In this document: piece after piece, positions 52,991 through 63,139 of the stretch | How positions within the stretch are numbered: the stretch's first letter is position 1 | Layout: each line of letters begins with the position of its first letter | NCBI GenBank assembly: GCA_002269645.1 | Contig: NIVC01000001.1 | Span: 1,488,001-1,552,000 of the forward strand | From: Macrostomum lignano | Taxonomy: Eukaryota | Direction: 5' to 3' | DNA: 64,000 bases | The notes under the pieces: model-generated | Database searches by the model: none | Seen by the model: the letters and a program-made list of their open reading frames with translations, nothing else | Told to the model about the DNA's origin: nothing | Position numbers and translations under genes: made by a program

Positions 52991-53833
52991 ATGTCGCACA
53001 ACTGCGCAACTGAACTAGCAGCGGAATATAAGAAACAGCTGCGCCATAATTATTTGACCACAAGCTGCTCTCCGGCTGGACACTTCAATCAAGCAGCTGT
53101 TTGGTCTGCGCCAGCAAAACTGGGCCAGCAACTTCGCCGCCTCGTCAGCGCCTGCGTGGCGTCGCCACCATCGTCGTCATCCGAGAGGCCACAGTCGCGC
53201 GTCATCCTGCTGGGACTCGACGGGGCCGGCAAGACCAGCCTGCTCGATCGTCTGGTTGGCGAACGCGATGATTCAGCCGCGGCGGCGTCGACATCCGGCT
53301 GTCGAATTCGATCGGCGCTCGGCTTTGAAATTGTCGACGTGCCCGGCGACGCCCGACTGCGCCCGCTTTGGCGCTACTACGCCGCGCCGCGCCGAGACCT
53401 CGCCCAGGCCGTAGTGTTTGTCGTCGACGGGGCCGACAGCTCGGCCAGACTGGACGAGGCCGGACGAGAACTCGCTGGCGTTCTGTCTGACAGCGTCGAG
53501 CTGGCCGGAGTGCCGGTGCTGGCGCTGGCCAGCAAGCGCGACCTGCCCGGATGCTCGTCGCTGGCTCGAATTCGCGACGCACTGCAACTCGACCGGCTGG
53601 CCGAGAGTCGCACCTGCCAGCTCATGGCGGTCTCCGCGGCCACTGGCGACGGCCTGCTGGAGGCCCGGCAGCTGCTGGAGCGGCTGGTCGAGGAGAATCG
53701 GCGATTCACGCGGCGTCGGCGTCGGTACAGTCGACGACGGCATGAGCGCGAGATTTGGCGACGACTAACGGCGCCACCTCCGCCACCTCCTCCGCCGGCG
53801 CAGACTTTAGTTGACCTCGGCTCACGTCTCTGA
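52991..53833 (+). CDS. Intronless, divergent Arf/Arl-family small GTPase-like protein (280 aa)
   Basis: RVILLGLDGAGKTSLL (G1), DVPGD (G3 variant), LRPLWRYY, AVVFVVD, RLDEAGREL, VPVLALASKRDLPG (G4 variant), VSAATGDGL (G5). Arg-rich and poly-Pro C-terminal tail. Confidence 0.88.
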   Translation: MSHNCATELAAEYKKQLRHNYLTTSCSPAGHFNQAAVWSAPAKLGQQLRRLVSACVASPPSSSSERPQSRVILLGLDGAGKTSLLDRLVGERDDSAAAASTSGCRIRSALGFEIVDVPGDARLRPLWRYYAAPRRDLAQAVVFVVDGADSSARLDEAGRELAGVLSDSVELAGVPVLALASKRDLPGCSSLARIRDALQLDRLAESRTCQLMAVSAATGDGLLEARQLLERLVEENRRFTRRRRRYSRRRHEREIWRRLTAPPPPPPPPAQTLVDLGSRL

Positions 53834-54911
53834 TCGGTGCGCCCCGGACTGTCAGCAACCTGCCAGAAAATGACGCAGAGTGCTCAAACGCTCAAACGCA
53901 CTGCGGTACTTTTCGAATAGGACTCAACAATTAACCAGCTGTATGGGAATATTTTTCATTCAGTTTTTTACGTATCCTGCGCAAAATTCCGCTGTCACTA
54001 ATGCCAGTGTCAAAAACTGAATATTGGAATTGATATGGAAGTGCTGAATAGCCGCTGAAGAAGTTACAATTGAAAAAAAAACTAACAAGGCATACAAGCT
54101 GGGACGCTGCTGCCACCACGGCTTCAACAAATATTTAGAAAAATAAGAGAATTTCTAAAAGCGAAATAAATTCTCTTCCTAAACTGACAGGTCCAGGTCT
54201 GTCCTAGTAGTGGTACTCTCGCTAAAATAGAGTATATTGTTATTGCTTGTTTACAACTATTGAGTCACTTCTCAAGAGGCAGCCTACTTAAAACAGCTAT
54301 CTGATTGACAGCACAACTCTGCTATTTTCTCTCAATAAAAAATTCTGCATCTCTGAAATACGAGTAATAAACAAGATGTTGGGAGATTTCGTGTTCTGAT
54401 GGCGTGTTCTGAAGTAAAAAGTAAAAATCGTCTTGCATGTTGCTGGGACTTGTCGTTGCCCAACATTCCGCTGGGCCCTAGCAACCAACTTATACTTTTA
54501 AGTCGCAGAAAAGTAGATGAGGGCAACTTTAGATGAGAGCCTGTTGGGACCGTATCCCCAAAGTCCAAGCATCAGCCAGAAAAATGCGACCCCAGGGGCG
54601 GCTTAAGTCCTTACCAGCTCGACCGCTAGCAACCGAGAAACTCCCCCGTCTAAGAGACCCAACGATACCGGTGAAGAGGCTGAGCCAAACAAAGGTACTA
54701 AACTGGGCAAACAAAGAAGCTGTCTCTGGAGCCTGCGGACTGGCCGCATTACCCTATTAACGTAAAAAGTAACGCCTCCCGATACTGCTCTGCAATGTAC
54801 ACGGGTCGCCTTTTCAATGGCTACCGCTGCATTCAGCCTTAACAAACGATTTAAAAGGGGACTCAGGCACCAATTCATTCAACTCAACGAGCCTCAAGAT
54901 AAACGAACGAC

Positions 54912-55979
54912 ATGCTGACGAATCTGATTTTGCCTCTGCTGCAGCTGCAGCTGCTGCTGCTGACTTGCGGTAGTCGAGCCGAAGCTGCAAGCGGCTGTGC
55001 AACTCGCCACACTCTGCAGCCGCTGCACAGCGACTCCTGCGTGCCGGACGCCGACCTGCAGCGTCAGCTGCGGCTGCCCAACGCGCAGCTCATGCCGGGC
55101 GCCTCGGACGCGAAGTCCTGCGCGATGGCCTGCGCTCTCCGTCCCAGCGCGTGCGCGGTCGCTCAGTTCCGCTTCGTCGCCCGGCTGTGTCACGTGACTG
55201 CGGAGCTGCCACGACAGGCCAGCGAGGCGGAGGCGGCCGGCACGGCGAGCCGCGGCGACTGCGTGGCGACGCTGCTGAGACGCGACGCTTCCGGAGCGAC
55301 CGGCTGGCAGTTCGCCGCTCTGCTGTCGGCCTTCTTCGACTTCCGCATCTCCGACCGGAACCTCGGCGTCGTCGGTGTCGGCTCGCCGCTCTTCGCGCCG
55401 GCGCAGCTCGTCGGTACCGCCATGCGCAACGCGTCGGGCGCCGTGCTGCCCGGTCGGCTCGACTCGTTCGTGAAGATCGGCGTGGCGCCGCCGGGTTTCC
55501 AGGCCTTCGAGTCGTCCTCGAAGGAGTACACATTCTTCTTCAGCATCGCGGGAATGCCCAGCGTTCCTACAGGTCAGACGCACCTGCTTCGAATCGTGCC
55601 TTCCAGCAATCCAACCAGTAAATTCTGCTCGTTCGCGTATTTTTCGGATGGTGACATGAGGTTCGCCAACTTGTTCACTGAAACAATCGGCTACGTGACG
55701 GACAACTCGATGCCGCTGGCTGCAAAGCAGAAGTTTAATGTCGCTATGAGATACAGCACTTCCACAGCCTCTGAGGCCGTGTTCAACGGCTCGATCTACT
55801 CCGTCAGGTCATACAACACGGACTACAGTCTCCACACCGACACTGTCTTTGACGAGATCCGGCTCGGATCGGAAGGCACCCAGAACCACTACAGTCTGGA
55901 TGCCACCATCGTCTGCTTCGCCATGTCGCAAGGCGCTCTAACAACCCAGGAGCTCGAGGCCATCGCATCCGTTTGCTGA
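54912..55979 (+). CDS. Secreted PAN/apple + LamG/ConA-like protein, paralogue 1 (355 aa)
   Basis: Hydrophobic signal peptide, a Cys pattern C..C..CAMAC...CAVAQF...LC typical of PAN/apple, and a beta-rich C-terminal domain (YTFFFSI, HLLRI, FDEIRLG). Intronless. The LamG call is from pattern only. Confidence 0.78.
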   Translation: MLTNLILPLLQLQLLLLTCGSRAEAASGCATRHTLQPLHSDSCVPDADLQRQLRLPNAQLMPGASDAKSCAMACALRPSACAVAQFRFVARLCHVTAELPRQASEAEAAGTASRGDCVATLLRRDASGATGWQFAALLSAFFDFRISDRNLGVVGVGSPLFAPAQLVGTAMRNASGAVLPGRLDSFVKIGVAPPGFQAFESSSKEYTFFFSIAGMPSVPTGQTHLLRIVPSSNPTSKFCSFAYFSDGDMRFANLFTETIGYVTDNSMPLAAKQKFNVAMRYSTSTASEAVFNGSIYSVRSYNTDYSLHTDTVFDEIRLGSEGTQNHYSLDATIVCFAMSQGALTTQELEAIASVC

Positions 55980-56103
55980 TAAGCAGTGCTCCCTGAGGAA
56001 CCGAATACTTCAGTTTGCGGATGTTTGACTTAAATAACTGATGAAACAGACCGTCCACTTTTGGATTCCAGCTTTACAATTTTTAATACTTACTATTGCA
56101 TTA

Positions 56104-56260
56104 GGGGTTGCAGCCTAGCGCCCCTCCCCCTTAAGACCCCCCCCCGAGTCCTTGGACTGAACAGCCGTACGCAGCCTTCAGATGCGCCACGCAATAGCTG
56201 CGGCTGAGCTGTCGGTTGCACATCTGCCTATTTGAGCAAGTGTAATCAAATATTGTGATA
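56104..56260 (+). mobile_element. Internally deleted copy of the CORE-SINE
   Basis: Starts GGGGTTGCAGCCTAG, then jumps to the SINE 3' part (GGACTGAACAGCCG...GCTGTCGGTTGCACATCTG) seen at 60640-60730. Confidence 0.75.
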
Positions 56261-57861
56261 ATTTATTTATCTGATTATTACTATTGTTGTTTGCGGTTTA
56301 GTTTATTTTACTCCTGTCTAGATAGTCTCTAGCGTACTCTTTCCTAAACTTTGTACTAATTAGTTGAGCCTACTCTAAATGTAGCTTCACCCCTTCGCTT
56401 TCTGTTTCTATCATTATTTGGCTCACTATTGCACACAACTATACACTGATCAGAGTTGTGAGTGAGAGTACAAGCGAGCTTCATTTTTTTTAATCGTCAG
56501 CAACTACGACTACAAGCGTAGGACATCCGTAGGTTGCGCTTGCACCTAATTCTTGACCTGGTTTATGGGATCTTTATCTGGAATGATAGCTATTGTCTCA
56601 CTATCAACTGAAAATACATTAACTAGATTATGATCAAATCATTATTTTGCAGCAAATGAGATACTGTTTTTGACTATTCAATGTACGAGCATTTCATTAT
56701 TTTCTTGTGCATTTCTGGCTTTGTTACCAGCTTCTTTCTCCCATTAGGCCAGAATTTCAGTCAATATTTGCTGCTACTTAAATCTGCATGAGCAGCAGAC
56801 GAGAAAAATGCTTCGCTTCGCTATTTCCTCGGCTCTCTTCGCTTGGCTTGCTTTCTATTTTCTGCTGCTCACTCAGCAATGAATAGACTTCTGTCTGTCT
56901 TCCCGGTATCCTGCGCTGCTATGAAGCAATTAAAGCATAGAGTAGTGTTCAGTAGCTTAACCAGGTCACACTTCGCCTCTGCAGCCTCGCCCTAGCACCT
57001 CTCCTCCAGTGGATTCAGCTCTTCCCTTACATTTCATCCCAGCCAGCGTTATTTTCAGGCATGACATCAATACCATTATTGTTGAGCTAAATGCGATTTC
57101 CTACGAAGGCTGTCTCAAAATTTGGATATGAGTTTTCAATCGATCACTTGCCAACTGTCATTGAATGCCTCATAGTTCACTTAGCTGTCCATTCTTCCCT
57201 TGTGTTTTTTCAAGAGCGTTGTTTTATTATGCAAGATATCAATACATGGAATCTCTGAATAAAGCTGGCTTTCTCGTGACGCTAATTGTATTTCACTTTG
57301 AATTGCTTTTGATTGGTCTGTTGGTTTGTTTGAGTCACTACGAATGAGTCACCAACACGTTACCAAATGCCTTATTCGTGGCCTCAGGAGCATATTGGGT
57401 TAGGAATTAACAATAAGCATTTAACTCGGTGTACATAAGGGAAGGCAAGACGGACGAAACTCAGCCTGGGAGGCAGGGCAGGCCCAATCTAGCTCAGCCA
57501 ATGAGAGAGCAGTAAGGAGAGAGAGGTCAAATGAAACGCATGACCCATGACACATTTCTGTTAACAGTCAATAGCGCTTACGCATGTTATTATAAATATT
57601 CTTCGAAATAATAAAAAATTATGATATATTTTGATAACTTTTCCTTAATAATCCCTACCTTTGAAACATTTGAAGCTCATCTACGTAGCAATGCAAATAT
57701 TTTTTTGTTTTACACATTACTGAAATACTGTGGCTGCTAGGGGGTGTTGCTTTTGCGTTAAACATCATTTTTAGGATAAGCTCGTATTAACAATAGCGAC
57801 TGTACAAGGTCAAAACCTACAAGTGGTTTATTCAAATATGTTTATTCCTTTTTTGCCCCTC

Positions 57862-58043
57862 CCATGGCACAGTGAAGTGTACATGCCTAACGATAAATGA
57901 AGTTAGGGCCGCTGTACACTCCTGTGTGAGTGTGTGCCTGTGCGTATGACTGCGTACGTATCGAGGGTAGTTGGCGGAATGGGCAGCAATGCCTCTCGCC
58001 GGTTGTGTAACAATGCCGATTAAAGTGCGCCAGGGTCCCTGTC
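57862..58043 (+). mobile_element. ~190-200-bp interspersed repeat, copy 4
   Basis: Near-identical to 10592-10795, with one internal deletion. Confidence 0.85.
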
Positions 58044-59256
58044 TATACCAAAATTGGGTATGCAAAACGTTGCAGAGCTATCTCGAGTTCTCGAAGTCAC
58101 TTTAATTTACTCCCTAGAAAAGTGTATTTCCATAATTAATTTTTGTATTCTCCACCAGCCAGATAGACGTTAACCAACTTTTACTTGTGAGACTTTGCTT
58201 CCGGCATCAGGTTGGTGCTACATGCAAGCATGTATCTTGGCAACTTGATGTTCAGCCACGAAACAGCAGGACAAGGGCGAACTAAAAGCTTTCCCAATGC
58301 TTTTAATTTTTAGTGGACGCTACAAAATGGAGGATCGGTCTTACGACCGTATATTGAGAATAATCATTCACTTGTCAGTATATAAGTGTTTGATATTCTT
58401 CTGAAAAGCTGTCCGATATTTCGTATATTCCTGTTTTCTGACTAAGTAAAAATCTTCATTCCCTTCATTTTCTTTTCTTGCTACTTTTCAGTAGAGCCGC
58501 TACACCTCATTTGCTCAGGAAGAATCGCATGGTTCTCATTTTTGCGTACTTAACTAATTGCTCCGCATCTTGAATGTCACGAAGTGAGGTTAATATTCTT
58601 TTCCAGAAAGCATTTTATTTCCATTGCTTCAAGGCGAGAAGCACATCGCCTCGGTGAGTTACTGAGGGATATTGAGGAAGAAAATTTACGGATATGGCAG
58701 CTTAGCTGCGCGGCGCCTGTGCCTGTATGAATTATTTACATGTTGCTAGCATTGGGATTCTTGCCACGCAGAAACGATTCCTGATCTTCCTCGATGTCAG
58801 CTCCAAACTACTGTAGTTCATCCAAAACGACACCTTAATCTCAATCTATTGCTTGACAAGATGCAATCCGCAAATATTTGCTAGTATCAGACTGCGAGTC
58901 CCGTTTCAGTCTCCCCAGCTTAGCATACGGGACCAGAGTACCGGCCGTCACAGTTTGAACATGTATTCTGTATTTCCCGCAAAACATTTAAGCAAACAGC
59001 ATCATGAGGTGAGGATGATCGAGGTTGAGGCCTGAAATTGACTCAGTATGTGTGGGGGCAAACACACATACTCCCGCAACAAAACTACACGGCATCCAAC
59101 AGCCGCGGAGTCCATTAATCGGTCGCTTCTTCATTGGCTACCGCTGCATGCAGCCTCGACAAACGCTTTAAGATGGACGAAACTTGCAGAAACGACTCAC
59201 AACCGACTAAAAAACCAATCCAACTGACTCAACGAGACTCAAGAGAATCGAAAGAC

Positions 59257-60315
59257 ATGCTGACGGATCTGATTTTTTCTCTGCTGCAGGTGCTGTTTGC
59301 AGTCGCTGGTCGAGCCGAAGCTTCAAGCGGCTGTGCAACGCGCCACACTCTGCAGCCGCTGCACAGCGACTCCTGCGTGCCGGACGCCGACCTGCAGCGC
59401 CAGCTGCGGCTGCCCAACGCGCAGCTCATGCCGGGCGCCTCGGACGCGAAGTCCTGCGCGATGGCCTGCGCTCTCCGTCCGAGCGCGTGCGCGGTCGCTC
59501 AGTTCCGCTTCGTCGCCCGGCTGTGTCACGTGACTGCGGACCTGCCGCGACCTGCCAGCGAGGCGGAGGCGGCCGGCACGGCGAGCCGCGGCGACTGCAT
59601 GACGACGCTGCTGAGACGCGACGCTTCCGGAGCGACCGGCTGGCAGTTCGCCGCTCGGCTGTCGGCCTTCTTCGACTTCCGCATCTCCGGCCGGAACCTC
59701 GGCGACGTCGGTGTCGGCTCGCCGCTCTCCGCGCCCGCGCAGCTCGTCGGTACCGCCGTGCGCAACGCGTCGGGCGCCGTGCTGCCCGGTCGGCTCGACT
59801 CGTTCGTGAAGATCGGCGTGGCGCCGCCGGGTTTTCAGGCCTTTGAATCGTCCTCGAAGGAGTACACCTTCTTCTTCAGCATCGCGGGAATGCCCAGCGT
59901 TTCTAGAGGCCAGACGCACCTGCTTCGAATCGTGCCTTCCAGCAATCCAACCAGTAAATTCTGCTCGTTCGCGTATTTTTCGGATGGTAACCTGATGTTC
60001 GCCAACTTGTTCACTGAAACAATCGGCTACGTGACCGTCAACTCGATGCCGCTGGCTGCAAAGCAGAAGTTTAATGTCGCTATGAGATACAGCACTTCCA
60101 CAGCCTCTGAGGCCGTGTTCAACGGCTCGATCTACTCCGTCAGGTCATACAACACGGACTACAGTCTCCACACCGACACTGTCTTTGACGAGATCCGGCT
60201 CGGATCGGAAGGCACCCAGAACCGCCACAGTCTGGATGCCACCATCGTCTGCTTCGCCATGTCGCAAGGCGCTCTAACGACCCAAGAACTCGAGGCCATT
60301 GCATCCGTTTGCTGA
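59257..60315 (+). CDS. Secreted PAN/apple + LamG/ConA-like protein, paralogue 2
   Basis: Near-identical to 54912-55979. The true start is the ATG at 59257 (MLTDLIFSLLQ), homologous to the paralogue-1 ATG. Confidence 0.78.
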   Translation: MLTDLIFSLLQVLFAVAGRAEASSGCATRHTLQPLHSDSCVPDADLQRQLRLPNAQLMPGASDAKSCAMACALRPSACAVAQFRFVARLCHVTADLPRPASEAEAAGTASRGDCMTTLLRRDASGATGWQFAARLSAFFDFRISGRNLGDVGVGSPLSAPAQLVGTAVRNASGAVLPGRLDSFVKIGVAPPGFQAFESSSKEYTFFFSIAGMPSVSRGQTHLLRIVPSSNPTSKFCSFAYFSDGNLMFANLFTETIGYVTVNSMPLAAKQKFNVAMRYSTSTASEAVFNGSIYSVRSYNTDYSLHTDTVFDEIRLGSEGTQNRHSLDATIVCFAMSQGALTTQELEAIASVC

Positions 60316-60445
60316 TAAGCAGTGCTACCTGAGGAACCGAGTGCTTCAGTTTGCGGATGTTTAACTTAAATAACCGATGAAACCAACTGTCCAGTTTTGG
60401 ATGCCAGCTTTACAATTTTTAGTATGAATACTTACTATTGCACTA

Positions 60446-60760
60446 GGGGGTTGCAGCCTAGTGGTTAGAGCGTCGGACTCATGACTGAAAGGTCTGAGGT
60501 TCGATTCTTGACCCAACACGGAAAAATTTGTGTCCTTTAGCAAGACACTTCATTTTGCATTGTTTCAGTTCACCCAGCTGTAAAATGGGTTCCAGCATTA
60601 GCTGAGGTAATTGAGGGTGTGTGGCGACCCCCCAGTCCTGGGACTGAACAGCCGAACGCAGCCTTCAGATGCTCCGCGCAATGGCTGCGGCTGAGCTGTC
60701 GGTTGCACATCTGGCCCAATTGGGGCAAGTGCAATCAATTATTTTTTGTTATTACTTACA
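60446..60760 (+). mobile_element. tRNA-derived CORE-SINE
   Basis: tRNA-like head with A box (TAGTGGTTAGAGC) and B box (GGTTCGATTC). The central TGTGTCCTTTAGCAAGACACTT...TCAGTTCACCCAGCTGTAAAATGGG matches the recalled MIR CORE consensus (TGTGACCTTGGGCAAGTTACTT...TCAGTTTCCTCATCTGTAAAATGGG). Structured 3' part and AT-rich tail. Confidence 0.85.
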
Positions 60761-60803
60761 AGACTTCAGATGGTTTACTATATTGATTGGCTCTTCGTGT
60801 ATG

Positions 60804-61910
60804 ACTTGACTTACTGACTTAGCTGCAGGGCTGTCCCGGAGGGGACACAGCGGGAAGGCGCGGGCGCCCATTCCGCTAATCCCTGAACGGCCGACGCGTC
60901 GCTATGGACGGAGGGTTGGCGCCGCCCAGGGAGGTCCCCCAGTGTCGCCAGCAGCTATAGTGCTCTCTGGAAAGGAGAGTTCAGCCCTGCGGGTGGCCCG
61001 AAGGTAGCGCATGAGCTGATTAAAGTTTTCGGGTTTGCACGCTTCAGTAATAGATGTGTGTGGCCCGAGGTAAGTGAGTCTGGCCCGCTTGAAGGCGGGA
61101 CAGATGCTGACGAAATGCTCAGCGGTTTCGTCACCTGAGTTGCAGAAACTACAGGTGGCGTTGGTGGCGTTGCCCTGCAGGTACTGGTGCCTGGAGAAGC
61201 AGCCGTGACCAGAGAGGGTCATGGTGGCAGCCCGGATGTCTCTGCGCGAAAGGCGCAAGAGGAGCTTCCGGAGCTGGTGAGAGGGCTGAGGGACAGCGCC
61301 TCTGGATTGCCTGCAGTTCGTGCGGTTCGCCCAAGTCGAGCGGTGCTGAGTCCTGATCCACGCTTTGATGCGCGAGTCGATGACACAGCCAGGAATCGGG
61401 ACAAGAGGTTCGGGGCCGAGAGAGGAGCCGGAGGCACCAACTTTTGCAAGGGTGTCAGCCAGCTCATTTCCTCGGATCCCCACATGCCCCGGAACCCACT
61501 TGAGGGTAATTTTGTTGGCGGAACCCAACACGTTGAGAAGTTTGATACAGTCGAGGACTGTAGCAGAGTTGGTGCTGCAGCCACTGATGGTATGCAAGGC
61601 AGCTTGGCTGTCCGAATGGAAAATGATGTTCTTGCCAATAACGCCAGTGGCTAGAAGCTCTGCAGTGCAGGAGCTGATGGCTAGAACTTCATTTTGGAAA
61701 ACACTGGAGTTGACCCCAGTGTATTGAGCGTGGGTAGCGATGACCCTCCCGTTCAGAAAGATTCCAACACCAAAGCCGGTGTTGGCTGACTGCTTAGAAC
61801 CGTCGGTGTAGCAATGAAGCTCACCAAGGTTCAATTGGTCATTGATGTTATCGCGCGAGTCGATAGCTACGGAGTAGCGCTGTCTCAGGTTGAGCGTTGA
61901 GGCAATGCCA
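60804..61910 (-). mobile_element. 5'-truncated LINE (RNase H + CCHC) with 13-bp TSD
   Basis: TSD CTCTTCGTGTATG at 60791-60803 and 61911-61923. Open ORF 60902-61834 has YTDGS, QNEVLA, SDSQAA, WVPGH, GNELAD and CSFC..ETAEH..IC. Tail AAGTCAGTAAGTCAAGT. Confidence 0.93.
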
Positions 61911-63139
61911 CTCTTCGTGTATGTCTGAGGTTAAGTTTATTTATTCTTATCTAGATTTTCTCTAGCCTACTCTTTCCTAACTGTACTAGTTGAGCCTACT
62001 CTAAATGTAGCTTCGCCCCTTCGCTTTCTGTGTTCTATCATCCTTTGGCTCGCTATCGCACACAGGACAAGCGTAGGACATCCTTTCGAGCTACACATTG
62101 AGGTAGCGCTTGCAAATAAGAGTGACGTAATTCGACCTTTAGTGCAAGTAGCCCGTCGATACGGCACTGAGTATTTTAACTCCATCAAGTACTCTCGTAC
62201 TCCATCAACTTCGATTGCGATGGTTTTCATATTACCGATTCTGTTAGGTAATTCAGAGTTCGGTTATTACGGAATCTTTACTTAGCATTATAGCTATTGT
62301 CTGACAAATAATGGAAAATACATTAGTTAGATTATGATCAAACCATTATTTTCAACAGATGAGATACCGTTTCTGATTATTCGATGTATTTCATTTTCTT
62401 ATCGATTCTGGTTTCTGTTATCATACACCTTCCTTCTCCAGTAGCCCAGAATTTCAGTCAATATTTACTGCTACTTACGAGCAGCAGAAGAGATGAATTT
62501 CTCGCTCCGCAAAAGCCTCGGCTTCGCTTGGCTTGCCTTTTTATTTTCTGCTGCTCACTAGGCAATGAATAGACTTGCTTTCTGTCTTCCATTTCTATTG
62601 CCCTCGCTCAGACTTCCGCGTTGCTAGGAAGCAACTAAAGCATTCAGTAGAGAGCCCAACTGAGTCCCGACATCACACTTCGCCTCTGAAGCCTCGCCCC
62701 AACGCCCTTCCTCCGCTCGATTCCTCTTCCCTTACCTCTCGTCCCAGCCAGTGTATTCTCAGGTACATGTATGACGTCATCACATAATTTCGATTATTGA
62801 GGTAGCTAAATGAGATTTGCTACAAAGGCGTCTTACTCGTACAAGTTCGATGAGCTTTCACTCTCATTTCGCTGTTGAATGTTCATGCTCAGTAACTAAC
62901 CAGGACCGACTCTGATTAACTTGCTAACCGTCGGTGAATGCCCTAACCCTACTCAGCTAGCTGCCCTTCGTCCCTTGTGTTTTTCCAAGAGTGTTGTTAG
63001 ATCATGCAAGATACCACTGCAGGGAATCTCTGGATGAAGCTGGCTTTCTCGTGACATTAATTGCATTTCACTTTGAATTGCTTTTCATTGTTTGTCGGTT
63101 TGTTTGATTCACTACGAGCGAGTCACCAACGTTTCACCA

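Larger units (their letters stand above)
54805..57375 (+). repeat. Segmental duplication unit A (paralogous to 59125-63139)
   Basis: Shares the upstream block GGCTACCGCTGCAT, the CDS, the 3' flank, the SINE position and ~1 kb of distal flank ending at GAGTCACCAAC. Confidence 0.85.
59125..63139 (+). repeat. Segmental duplication unit B
   Basis: Paralogous to 54805-57375, with an extra LINE insertion and an intact SINE. Confidence 0.85.

Noticed and set aside
53202-55621. Overlapping GC-rich alternative-frame ORFs over the Arl and PAN-LamG genes (likewise over FERM exon 5 and LINE ORF2)
   Set aside because: These are expected stop-poor shadow frames of GC-rich coding DNA with no recognisable motifs.
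59134-59256. N-terminal extension of PAN-LamG paralogue 2
   Set aside because: It starts at TTG and corresponds to non-coding upstream sequence in paralogue 1. The signal peptide begins at ATG 59257.
60446-60520. tRNA-Met gene
   Set aside because: The stems are imperfect and it runs straight into a CORE domain and tail, so it is a SINE head.
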